Origin: Promethearchaeia archaeon
GTDB lineage: Archaea; Asgardarchaeota; Lokiarchaeia; Sigyniarchaeales; SOKP01
DNA length: 64,000 nt
Reading direction: 5' to 3'
NCBI GenBank assembly: GCA_029856155.1
Contig: JAHQWL010000055.1
Location: forward strand, 32,001 to 96,000
Shown piece by piece: positions 29,669 to 39,688 of this stretch. The translations under genes were made by a program, and so were the position numbers. Below the pieces are notes generated by a model, which was not told the origin of the DNA, did no database searches, and saw only the letters and a program-made list of their open reading frames with translations. Numbering within the stretch: the stretch's first letter is position 1; each line of letters starts with the position of its first letter.

Positions 29669-30946
29669 TTAAGCATCAAGATTCTCTATGACCGTTGCTA
29701 CGCCTTGCCCACCACCGCAACAAGCATTTGCAACACCATACTTTGCTTTCTTATCCTTCAAAATCCTTGCTAATGTTCCAGTAAGACGAATTACTGTTGA
29801 TCCTAACGGGTGGCCAATCGCAGTTGATCCTCCCATAACATTAACTTTTTCTTCTGGTATATTAAATTTGTCCATGCAGTTTAAGGTTACAATCGTAAAT
29901 GCTTCATTTATTTCCCAGTAATCTATATCATCAGCAGTTAAACCCGCACTCCTTAACGCTTTTTTAGTTGCTGGAACTGGTCCTCTCCCCATTACAGTAG
30001 GATCTACCCCTGCCCATCCAATTGATACAATTCTGGCCATAGGATTAATCCCTCTTTTTTCTGCTTCTTTCGATTCCATTAAAACTGCCGCAGTGGCTCC
30101 TGCATTTAATGGGGATGAATTCCCTGCGGTGATAACGCCTTGATCGGTACCTTCTCTTTTTATATAACCTTCACGACCTCCATTTTTTTCCAAGAAAAAC
30201 GGTTGTGTTAGTCTTCGTAATTGAGATACTGTCTCTAAAGTTGATTTTCTAGCATTCATATCTCTATCAATTATCATCTTTTCTTCTACATTCCCGGGAG
30301 CATGCCCTTCAATTGGAATGATTTCACCTTTAAACCACCCTTCATCATGATATTTAACGGCCAAATTGTGACTTCTAACTCCAAATTTGTCTAAATCTTC
30401 TTTAGTGAAGGTAGGGATTTCTTCTTCGTAGAGTTTCTGAGCTGTTAGCAGCATATTGTATACTACGGAAAAATCTAAATCAGGGCGATAGTATTCACTG
30501 TTCTTATTTGCTACTTTTAAATTAGGTTCTGTTCCCTTACCTCGAACTCTGGTCATATGCTCGAATCCAGTACTTAAGACGCAATTGCTATTACCCGTCA
30601 TGATTTCCATAATCCCTACATGCATTCCACTACCTGCTGAACCACATTGACGATCAATAAAGAATGAAGGGACTTCATAGGGAAAATCAGCTAAAAATAA
30701 GGGCATTCTACCCCCATACGTCCAATTCTCTAGCACACCAGCAGCAACTCCAACAGATACTTCTTCAATATCTTTCTTTTCTATGCCTTTATCAGCTAAC
30801 TTATCTTCAAATAGACTTTTCAATAACTGTGCCAACAACTCATCTCCTCTAATCTCACCAAAAACATCCCTTTCGGGTTGAGTAGGTCTAGATCGAGAAA
30901 AAGCGGTACGAGCATAATCAATCAACCAAGTTTCCTTTAATTCCAT
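29669..30946 (-). CDS. Acetyl-CoA acyltransferase (thiolase)
   Basis: DRQCGS, TAGNSS, NEAF, GHPLG, CCGGGQG. Confidence 0.93.
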   Translation of the reverse strand: MELKETWLIDYARTAFSRSRPTQPERDVFGEIRGDELLAQLLKSLFEDKLADKGIEKKDIEEVSVGVAAGVLENWTYGGRMPLFLADFPYEVPSFFIDRQCGSAGSGMHVGIMEIMTGNSNCVLSTGFEHMTRVRGKGTEPNLKVANKNSEYYRPDLDFSVVYNMLLTAQKLYEEEIPTFTKEDLDKFGVRSHNLAVKYHDEGWFKGEIIPIEGHAPGNVEEKMIIDRDMNARKSTLETVSQLRRLTQPFFLEKNGGREGYIKREGTDQGVITAGNSSPLNAGATAAVLMESKEAEKRGINPMARIVSIGWAGVDPTVMGRGPVPATKKALRSAGLTADDIDYWEINEAFTIVTLNCMDKFNIPEEKVNVMGGSTAIGHPLGSTVIRLTGTLARILKDKKAKYGVANACCGGGQGVATVIENLDA

Positions 30947-31233
30947 CTTATTTTCACTTTTTAAATTCTTGTTTTTAAATAAGTTTACATTGTCTATTAA
31001 TTATTAATATGAGTTAATGATATTATTTTAAGGATTTTAATTTAATATATCAACTTTACGAAGGTTAATGGATGATTATTCATATTTACTAATAAATATT
31101 TTAAATAATTTCTTTCGATTCAAATTTCTTTAAATTTTTTGATAAAAAAGTAGCATTTAAAAAGATTAACACATACTTTTGTATGATTTCGCTTGAGAAA
31201 TCCAATTTAAAAATTAAAAAGAGGCGTATAAAA

Positions 31234-31542
31234 ATACCTTATATAGTAACATTTACATAGTATCCTCCTTCTTTAGCAAATAAAGTTGCTCAGAGATATT
31301 TAGAAACACTTCAAAAATACCCACTAATCTCTAGTATTAAACGCATTGTTCCCGCAGCTGTTTCATCAACAAAAGAAGGACTTGAAGTTTTTCTTGTTGA
31401 TGAAGTAAAACGAGAAGATGTAGGAGAAGCTTTAGATTATGCGTCAAAATTTTTAGTAGAATTTTTTGATATTGAGGGTTTTAGATATGCAATTAGGACT
31501 TTTAATACATTAAATGAAGCTATGGGATATATAGGAAAATAG
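31234..31542 (+). pseudogene. Small (102-codon) gene with ATA at the start position and an in-frame TAG at codon 9
   Basis: Not in ORF track. Frame reads IPYIVTFT*YPPSLANKVAQRYLETLQKYP...EAMGYIGK*; protein-like composition; GAGG about 10 nt upstream. Confidence 0.6.
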
Positions 31543-31691
31543 TGTATTTAGAGAGACCTTAATAATTAGTAATGAAATCTCAAAAATTTTTTTTCTTTAT
31601 TTCTAGTATTATAATTTACTTAGAATTAACCAATTATGATAATTATAAGATCTCATAAATAATTAAAGAAAAAATAGATAAGTTTAATATA

Positions 31692-32519
31692 TTATTTTCC
31701 TTGAAATTTTGGAGATCTCTTTTCTAGGAATGCTGTAATTCCTTCTCTGACATCTTGTGATGTAGTATTCAAAGCATATCCCCAATGCTCAAATTGTAGT
31801 CCCACATTCAATGGTACTTGAGTCCCATATTGAATACACTTTTTAATAACGAAAAGTGCATTTGTAGCAGAATTTCCGATCTGAAAGGCTTTCTCATGAA
31901 CAAATTCTTCAAACTTATCATCATCAACTAAAAAGGAAATAAATCCCCAATCATTCATCTGTTCAGCAGTAAAATGTTCACCAAAATACATCATTCGATT
32001 AACTCTCATTTTGCCGATCTGTCTTATCATCCGTTGAGTACCCCCATTGGCAGGAAAAATACCTCTTCGAATTTCAGGGAAGCCAAATTCTGATCGTCTT
32101 GATGCAATAACTATATCGCAAACTAGTACTAATTCTAATCCACCCCCAAGAGCATAACCATCGACAGCTGCAATTAAAGGTTTTGGAAATGCTTCAATTA
32201 AATTATAATAATTGTGCCTTATATACATGGCATGGCTACGATGTCTAAGGTTTTTAGGATCAAGTCGGGTATCTCCTCTTGCAGAAAGATCCGCACCGGC
32301 AGAGAAAGCAGGCTTTTTAGTGAATTCTCTAGTTCCACGTATAATTACACAACGAACACTTTTGTCTACTTCTACTGTTTCTAATGCTTCAGCAATTTCT
32401 TTAAGTGTTTGATTCTGAAGAGCATTCAATTTATCGGGACGAATTATTGATACAACAGCATAATTCCCCTCCTCAACTTTTTCAATTTTTACATGTTGAA
32501 ACTTTTTTTCTTCACTCAT
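31692..32519 (-). CDS. Enoyl-CoA hydratase (crotonase)
   Basis: KLNAL, AFSAGADL, GGGLEL and FPEI (both catalytic Glu present), GGTQR. Confidence 0.9.
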   Translation of the reverse strand: MSEEKKFQHVKIEKVEEGNYAVVSIIRPDKLNALQNQTLKEIAEALETVEVDKSVRCVIIRGTREFTKKPAFSAGADLSARGDTRLDPKNLRHRSHAMYIRHNYYNLIEAFPKPLIAAVDGYALGGGLELVLVCDIVIASRRSEFGFPEIRRGIFPANGGTQRMIRQIGKMRVNRMMYFGEHFTAEQMNDWGFISFLVDDDKFEEFVHEKAFQIGNSATNALFVIKKCIQYGTQVPLNVGLQFEHWGYALNTTSQDVREGITAFLEKRSPKFQGK

Positions 32520-32756
32520 TCTGTTTTCACTTTTTTTTCTTAATTTAATTTCTAATATTATTCAATCAATTTTTTTTTGTGTTTTAGTTAAACGAATTAT
32601 AATGAATAAAAATTACTATAATCATATTTGTTATAATTAATCTCTAGAAAGAATCATTCTTTCTTTAAGAAAATCAACTTTATTACAATTTATACATTTC
32701 AAAACAAAATGTATAAAAATTGATATATAATTAAATAGAAGTAGTTAAAGATTACT

Positions 32757-33998
32757 ATGTTAAATAATGAAAAAAACACTGAAAATAAAAGCTTAAATGC
32801 TATACGTGTTCTAAACAATGTAAACGTTAAATTTAATGATCCTTTACCTGATGTTCATACAGCTAGAATACCTATTGCTAGTTGTGGTTGGGTTGATACT
32901 GCAGATGGAGTAGTTTTAATTGACACTTTAATTAGAAGGCATGCTGCAAAACAAGTTAAAGAAAGGATTAAGAGTAAAATCAAATATATTATTTACACAC
33001 ATGGCCATATGGATCATGTTGGGGGAGCTTCAGCTTTTTTAGATGATAAGCCTGAGATTATATCGAGTAAGTACTTACCAGATAGATTTGATAAATATAA
33101 AATGTTGGCTCAATATCGTGCTCATATCAATGCTGTACAATTTAACGTTCCAGAAACTTTAGAATCAATTAAATATGTATACCCCACAAAGACCTTCTTA
33201 GGAGAAATGACTATAAAACTTGGGGATAAATCATTTGAATTGCATACTACTCGAGCTGAGACTGATGATGCTTGTTGGATTTACGTTCCTGAGATCAATG
33301 TGGCTTTTATAGGGGACTTAATGATAGGTAGACATTTTCCAAATATAGGAAACCCATGGAAACCTACTCGTTTTGCTTTGGATTGGGCAAAGGTTTTAGA
33401 AGAAGTTCGTGCGAAAGAGCCCCAATATGTGTTTTGTAATGGGGGGGGAGTTATGTTTAAAGAGGAAAGAGCTATTGAAGCATTAAGTCATAATATTGAG
33501 GTTATTCGTTCTTTACACGATCAAGTTGTAGATTTAATAAATCAAGGTATACATATTACAGAAATGATTCATAAAGTCAAAGTTCCTCAACATCTTATAG
33601 ATAGTCCTTATCTTAGGCAATTATACACAAGAGTTGAGTTTTTTGTTTTCAATGTATATAGATGGTATCATGGCTATTTTGATGATAATCCAGCACATCT
33701 TCTGCCCCGACCAGAAAAGGAAGTGATGAATGAGATTTATGATCTAATTGGTGATCCTCAAAAAATTTTGAATAGAGTAAAAGAATTATTCAACCAAAAT
33801 CAATCACAACTCGCCCTTCAAGTTCTAGATGTGCTTATTCAAATAGAACCTGAAAATATTGAAGCTCGAAAATTACATATCAAACTTCTTAGGGCTTTAG
33901 CTGCTCAAGATAATTGTCTAATGTCTAAAAATGCTTGGGTGTACTACATAAATAAAGATACCAAGTTTCTTAAATCAGAAAAAAACGGAGGAAAATGA
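32757..33998 (+). CDS. Alkyl-sulfatase-like metallo-beta-lactamase
   Basis: THGHMDHVGG, ETDD, FPNIGNP, WYHGYFDDNPAHL dimerisation-domain motif. Confidence 0.8.
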   Translation: MLNNEKNTENKSLNAIRVLNNVNVKFNDPLPDVHTARIPIASCGWVDTADGVVLIDTLIRRHAAKQVKERIKSKIKYIIYTHGHMDHVGGASAFLDDKPEIISSKYLPDRFDKYKMLAQYRAHINAVQFNVPETLESIKYVYPTKTFLGEMTIKLGDKSFELHTTRAETDDACWIYVPEINVAFIGDLMIGRHFPNIGNPWKPTRFALDWAKVLEEVRAKEPQYVFCNGGGVMFKEERAIEALSHNIEVIRSLHDQVVDLINQGIHITEMIHKVKVPQHLIDSPYLRQLYTRVEFFVFNVYRWYHGYFDDNPAHLLPRPEKEVMNEIYDLIGDPQKILNRVKELFNQNQSQLALQVLDVLIQIEPENIEARKLHIKLLRALAAQDNCLMSKNAWVYYINKDTKFLKSEKNGGK

Positions 33999-34092
33999 GC
34001 GAAAAATCGAATCCAAACCTAAGAAATTTAGACATTCTTGTTAGTTGTATGTAAACAAAAAGAGATTAAAAATAAGAAGGATAAGAATAAAT

Positions 34093-35586
34093 ATGAGTTC
34101 TAAAGAAAAATATAAACCAACTTGGAATTCTTTAAGAAGACATAGACCTCCAGAATGGCTCGATGATGCTAAATATGGTATTTATTACCATTGGGGAATA
34201 TATTCTGTCCCTGCATTCGGGCCAAAAACGGCTAAAAATGGATCTTGGTACGGTCATGCCATGTATCAGGAGGGAACGCCTCAATATGAACATCATACAA
34301 AAACTTACGGTCATCCCTCGGAGTTTGGATACAAAGATTTTATACCATTATTCACAGCAGAGAAATTTAACCCTAATGAATGGGCAAAACTCTTTAAGCA
34401 AGTAGGAGCAAAATTTGCAGGACCAGTGTGCATCCACCACGACGGTTTTGCAATGTGGGATAGTAAGGTGACAAAATGGAATGCTGCTCAAATGGGCCCC
34501 AAAAGAGATACTGTAGGTGAGATGGAAAAAGCAATCAGAAAACAGGGTTTGAAATTCATGGTAGCGTTTCATCATGCCGAGAACCACTGGTTTTTCCCTC
34601 ACTGGAATAAGAACTATGATACATCAAATCCGGAATATTCAGGATTGTATGGACCAATCCACGATGAAGATTCAAAACTTAACTTACAATGGAGATGGAT
34701 TCATCAAGCTAAACCAAGTAAGGAATATTTAGATAATTGGAAAGCAAAAATTATTGAGGTTTTAGATAATTATAAGCCAGATCTCATATGGTTTGACTTT
34801 GGATTGGGAAAGCTTCCTGATAAATACAAGAGAGAAATGCTTGCATATTATTTCAATAAAGCTGAAGAGTGGGGAAAGGAAGTTGCCGTAACTTACAAAT
34901 TGCGTAATTTACCACCCAATATTGGAATTCTTGATTATGAATTGGGTAGGGCTGATAAACTCACATATTATAGGTGGATAACCGATTCATCCGTTGACGA
35001 TCAAGGAGCATGGTCTTACGTAAAAGAAGCAGGATACAAATCAGGAGACACGCTTGTTCATAATTTAGTTGATCGGGTATCTAAAAATGGGTATCTTCTA
35101 CTGAATTTTGGACCTAAAGCAAATGGTGAAATTCCTGGTCCCGCGAAAAATTGCCTACTTCAAATAGGAAAATGGCTTGAAGTTAATGGAGAAGCAATTT
35201 ATAATACAACTCCATGGTTTACAGCTGGTGAGGGAAAAACAAAATTAGCTAGAGGAGGAATGTTCAGCGAATACACAGAAGTAAAGTATACTGCTAAGGA
35301 TATCAGATTTACTGTGAAGGATAATGCAATTTATGCCATTACTCTCGGATGGCCTGGTGAAGAATTCAAAATTAAGACCTTGAGGAAATCTTATAGAAAA
35401 ATTATACGACAGAATGAAGCAAGATTTTTTTACATAATGGATGAATCGGACATTAAATCCATTAAGATGTTAGGAGTTGATAAAGAATTGGAATGGGACT
35501 TAACGGATATAGGTCTTAAAATAAAAACTCCAAATAAAAAACCATGCGAACATGCATATGTTTTTAAAATATCAAGATTAAATTAA
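34093..35586 (+). CDS. Alpha-L-fucosidase (GH29), no signal peptide
   Basis: PEWLDDAKYGIYYHWG, HHDGFAMWDS, DLIWFD, VSKNGYLLLN; start probably the ATG at 34093. Confidence 0.92.
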   Translation: MSSKEKYKPTWNSLRRHRPPEWLDDAKYGIYYHWGIYSVPAFGPKTAKNGSWYGHAMYQEGTPQYEHHTKTYGHPSEFGYKDFIPLFTAEKFNPNEWAKLFKQVGAKFAGPVCIHHDGFAMWDSKVTKWNAAQMGPKRDTVGEMEKAIRKQGLKFMVAFHHAENHWFFPHWNKNYDTSNPEYSGLYGPIHDEDSKLNLQWRWIHQAKPSKEYLDNWKAKIIEVLDNYKPDLIWFDFGLGKLPDKYKREMLAYYFNKAEEWGKEVAVTYKLRNLPPNIGILDYELGRADKLTYYRWITDSSVDDQGAWSYVKEAGYKSGDTLVHNLVDRVSKNGYLLLNFGPKANGEIPGPAKNCLLQIGKWLEVNGEAIYNTTPWFTAGEGKTKLARGGMFSEYTEVKYTAKDIRFTVKDNAIYAITLGWPGEEFKIKTLRKSYRKIIRQNEARFFYIMDESDIKSIKMLGVDKELEWDLTDIGLKIKTPNKKPCEHAYVFKISRLN

Positions 35587-35628
35587 ATTAGTTAAGTAAA
35601 AATCTTCCCATTTTTTAGCTAAAAATCT

Positions 35629-36795
35629 TCATCGATCATAGCTCTTTTTGAGTAGATCCATTACATCATCTACTGTTGCCACTTTTGCATGATTTTCATA
35701 ATCGGGTAGTTTAAAAGTATCTTTCCCAATATCATTTAATGTACTTTTAGGCACATTTTTATCCTTGAAACTCATCCACATTCCGATTTCTCTTAAGAAA
35801 TTATCCATCTCATCACATGCTTTTTCTGCAGCTACCTTATCTGGTTCATCCTTTAAGGCAGGATTGAATAGTCTCCCTACATCTGCATATTTTTTGATCT
35901 TATACTTCCAAGTCCAGCGATTTATTTCAGGATACACTAAAGCCAATGCTTCACCGTGATGGATGTGAGGAGCATTACCGCCTATGGCCATTCCCATCCC
36001 ATGTGGTAAAGTTACACTTGCATTAGTAATGGATAGTCCCCCAAGGGTATTTGCCCAATGAAGAGCTTCCCTTGCTTCTCGGTTTTGTCCATCCTTCATT
36101 GCTATTGGTAAGTAATTAATAACAAGTCTCATGCCTTCCAAAGCATGCATATCTACATAATCACAAGCACTAGTGTGAGAAGTATAACTTTCAAATGAGT
36201 GGCAAAAAGCATCCCAGCCTGTTGCAGCTGTAATATGAGCCGGCATCGTTATAGTTAACTCAGGGTCAATTATAGCAACATTTGGGCATAATAATTTGTC
36301 TGCTAGTGCGTATTTCAAATGTATGGCAGGATTTGTTATTACTGAAACCGGGGTTACTTCCGTTCCGGTTCCTGCGGTTGTGGTCACTGCTATAATTGGT
36401 AATAATTTATCTTCTATCGATTTTCCATCTACTACACGGTATTCCCATGCCTCACCATCGTGAGTGACTCCTACTGAAATGGCTTTTGCTGCATCAATAG
36501 GCGAGCCCCCTCCTACGCCTAGAATTACATCCACATCATTTTTTTTAGCTATTTCTGTACCAACGTTTACCATATCAGTCGTCGGATTAGTAGAAACACC
36601 ATTATAATGTATAACATTGATCCTCTTGTCTTGACACAGTTTTGTTATTTTTTCTCTTATAGGTTCTAGACTTTTACCAGACCCTGTTACCATTAAACAT
36701 TTCTTTCCATATTGGGATAATATTTCTCCAATTTCTTCAACCCTACCCCAACCAAATCTAATATCAGTAGGATTATGATAATCAAAACTTTTCAT
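35629..36795 (-). CDS. Iron-containing alcohol dehydrogenase
   Basis: GGGSPID, TTAGTGTEVT, DAFCHSFE, H...HG metal ligands. Confidence 0.9.
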   Translation of the reverse strand: MKSFDYHNPTDIRFGWGRVEEIGEILSQYGKKCLMVTGSGKSLEPIREKITKLCQDKRINVIHYNGVSTNPTTDMVNVGTEIAKKNDVDVILGVGGGSPIDAAKAISVGVTHDGEAWEYRVVDGKSIEDKLLPIIAVTTTAGTGTEVTPVSVITNPAIHLKYALADKLLCPNVAIIDPELTITMPAHITAATGWDAFCHSFESYTSHTSACDYVDMHALEGMRLVINYLPIAMKDGQNREAREALHWANTLGGLSITNASVTLPHGMGMAIGGNAPHIHHGEALALVYPEINRWTWKYKIKKYADVGRLFNPALKDEPDKVAAEKACDEMDNFLREIGMWMSFKDKNVPKSTLNDIGKDTFKLPDYENHAKVATVDDVMDLLKKSYDR

Positions 36796-36804
36796 TTAAT
36801 CTAC

Positions 36805-37842
36805 CTATTCTTTATTTACATCAATAAAAACTTTCATTACTTTATCTTTTTTATCATCAATATATTTATAAGCTCTATCATAATCCTCAAATGGGAAATG
36901 CATCGTCATTAATGGTTTAAGGATCATCTTTTTATTATCTACAAGTTCAATCGCTTTAATGTAATCATTAGCTTGATACATTAATGTACCAATCAACCTA
37001 AGCTCACGATCTTGCACGAATCCTAAATCAACGGCAGGTTTTTCTCCAAAAACGCCAACAATTATTATGTCTGATCCCTTTCTTGCGTTTTCAATTGCTG
37101 CATCTATCGTTTCATTGGTACCAACACATTCAATTATTAAATCTGCTTTATCTGGTCCAAATGCATTTGTAATCTCTACAGACAAATTTTGTTTTGTTGG
37201 ATTTATGGTAAAGTCAATCCCAACCTCTTTTGCGATTCCCAATCTAAAATCACTTAAATCCGTAATCATTACTGCTTTAGCCCCAAGAGCTTTTGCAGCT
37301 TGTCCTACTAGGTTTCCAATTGGACCTGCTCCAAGTACTAGAATATTAAATCCTGAAATATCACCACCTCTTGATACTGCATGCACTGCTACGGCACATG
37401 GCTCAATCATAGCACCTTGTTCATATGTCATATTTTCCGGGAGTTTAATGACCTTTTCAGCATCGATGGCAAAAAATTCTGAACCTGCACCAGTTGTTTG
37501 GAAACCCATAACTTTTAGATCATCGCAAATATGGTACCTTCCGTGAGTACATGGATAACATTGATTGCAAACTTCTTGAGGTAAAATCGTCACTTTATCA
37601 CCTGATTTAAGATTCTTAACATTTGACCCAATTTTCTCAATTTTTCCAGATACTTCATGACCTTGGGTAATAGGATAGTCGGTATATGGATGTTTCCCAT
37701 GATAGACGTGAATATCACTTCCGCACACTCCAATTCTCATCATTTTTATGAGAACATCATTTTCTTCCAATTCAGGAATCGGAATATCGTGAAATTCTAT
37801 TTTACCTGGAGCCGTCATTACTTCTTGCTTCATATTATTCAT
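36805..37842 (-). CDS. Zn-dependent sugar/polyol dehydrogenase (MDR)
   Basis: GVCGSD, GHE, CNQCYPC...C, GAGPIG. Confidence 0.88.
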   Translation of the reverse strand: MNNMKQEVMTAPGKIEFHDIPIPELEENDVLIKMMRIGVCGSDIHVYHGKHPYTDYPITQGHEVSGKIEKIGSNVKNLKSGDKVTILPQEVCNQCYPCTHGRYHICDDLKVMGFQTTGAGSEFFAIDAEKVIKLPENMTYEQGAMIEPCAVAVHAVSRGGDISGFNILVLGAGPIGNLVGQAAKALGAKAVMITDLSDFRLGIAKEVGIDFTINPTKQNLSVEITNAFGPDKADLIIECVGTNETIDAAIENARKGSDIIIVGVFGEKPAVDLGFVQDRELRLIGTLMYQANDYIKAIELVDNKKMILKPLMTMHFPFEDYDRAYKYIDDKKDKVMKVFIDVNKE

Positions 37843-37959
37843 CTTGTCATTCTAAAATATTCTCTAATAAGACAAAATATTCTTAATATTTTTAATATTA
37901 GCATTCTAAAAGAACCTAAATAATTTTAACGTTAAGTGAATTTGCATCAATGGTTAAAT

Positions 37960-39474
37960 TTATTGTTCTTCCAATATGGGAGTAGATTCAAGATCAAAGG
38001 AATAAATTTTAGCTTTTCGAAATATAAACTGAATTTTGATTTGCTCTTCAACATATGAATCTGTGGCTTTTGCTTTCTTCACATTAATGTTAGGATCTAC
38101 TAGTTGAATACGATAATTGATACATGTTTCAGTGATACGTGGAACTACATATAAAACATCATTGTTATTGTCAAGAATTTTAATGTCAATATATCCACCT
38201 GTATCAACATCCGCATTAATTTGAAGTCCACACCAATTATTAGGGATAGTTTTAATAATAGTGGTTGTGATAATCGAATCTTGATTAGGGTTAATTTGTT
38301 CAAATCCTGCGAATCCATCAATTCGTAGTGTCGTTAAACAAAAATATCCTTTTCTCCAATCTGTGTGCAATCCATCGCTCCCTAAATAGTAAATCCATAT
38401 ATCATCTTTAATAATAAAAGGACGGTTGGCAGCATATATGCACCCCCAATCATATGCGCCTTCTTCCGAACCATTAGGAATTAAAGATTCCCCGGGGTCA
38501 ATTCGTTCCCAGCTCGTATTATCCAGACTTAGAGCTAATTCAGTTGAAACTCTATCCGTTTGAGTATTAAATATCGCCACCAATCCCAAGAATACATTAG
38601 TATAAGGAAAAACTACCATACTATATACTTCAAGATGGGGTTCTAATCCTTCCAAAACCACTTCAGGTTTGGTAAAGTGAATCAAATCTGCACTTTCAGA
38701 TCTTCCCACAACCCGATGAGAATGTCCATATTTAAGTATCTTCTTCCACATACGGGTATATAAAACATATTTTGAATGAAAAATATCAAAAAAGATATTA
38801 TTATGAGTATCCCTTCCCCAGTATGTAATCGAATTTACAGTTTTGAATTGATATTTGTTAAATCCTTCAATCTCAATTGGTTCCCCCCAATGTATCCCAT
38901 CTTCAGATAATGCATAAAAGAATGAATCTTCTTTATCTAATTTAAAAATTAGCTTATATCTTTGCTGTGGGTCTTCAGAAAAGGGATCAAAATACATTCC
39001 TGCTCCATGAAAATTTACTGCAACAATATTCGTATCTTTTGAATCCTTATGCGAATAAATCCCCAAATTTGGCTTTTCCCAGTGAATTCCATTTTCTGAT
39101 TCTGCATAACATACACCCATAACGCGATAATCTCTTCCAAATTTTTTCCACATTTTCCTCGATAATTCCCGATATTTCCCTAGTAATTTTTCTTCTTCGG
39201 GGGTATCTGAGGTAGAATGATCGACTATAAATGGATTATACCAAAGTCGAAAAGGTTTACCTATAAATCTCACGGGATCATACCAAATATTAGCATAGAG
39301 ATTATCAAATCGAACTTCCCAAGGTTTATCTTCTCCAAAAAGAGGATTATTGACATGCTTCTTAACTTTACCCAATTTAATTTGTGCATTTTTGGCGTTC
39401 TCAATAGTTCGGGGATCTAGCATGAGGAATTTCTGATACTTCAACTGTCGTTCAGATTCAGGTGATAATCTCAT
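37960..39474 (-). CDS. Putative five-bladed beta-propeller glycoside hydrolase (GH32/43/130-like)
   Basis: Repeated S-x-D/N-G-x-x-W boxes (SENGIHW, SEDGIHW, SADLIHF, SLDNTSW); C-terminal LRIDGF and INAD beta-sandwich. Confidence 0.6.
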   Translation of the reverse strand: MRLSPESERQLKYQKFLMLDPRTIENAKNAQIKLGKVKKHVNNPLFGEDKPWEVRFDNLYANIWYDPVRFIGKPFRLWYNPFIVDHSTSDTPEEEKLLGKYRELSRKMWKKFGRDYRVMGVCYAESENGIHWEKPNLGIYSHKDSKDTNIVAVNFHGAGMYFDPFSEDPQQRYKLIFKLDKEDSFFYALSEDGIHWGEPIEIEGFNKYQFKTVNSITYWGRDTHNNIFFDIFHSKYVLYTRMWKKILKYGHSHRVVGRSESADLIHFTKPEVVLEGLEPHLEVYSMVVFPYTNVFLGLVAIFNTQTDRVSTELALSLDNTSWERIDPGESLIPNGSEEGAYDWGCIYAANRPFIIKDDIWIYYLGSDGLHTDWRKGYFCLTTLRIDGFAGFEQINPNQDSIITTTIIKTIPNNWCGLQINADVDTGGYIDIKILDNNNDVLYVVPRITETCINYRIQLVDPNINVKKAKATDSYVEEQIKIQFIFRKAKIYSFDLESTPILEEQ

Positions 39475-39688
39475 TTATTAATCACTATTCATCATTTTAT
39501 CTTTTAGAGTCCTCTTCCTTAATTATAGTATTTATAGGTTAAATTTCTTAAAAAGTTTAGAGGAAAGTTCAATTGAATTTTCATTGAAATCAGACTCTGA
39601 ATTTATCTTTAAGTATATCATTGAAGGAAGAAAAATATTAAAATAAGACTATATTTCTAATATCAAATTTGATTTGGATACAATATAA

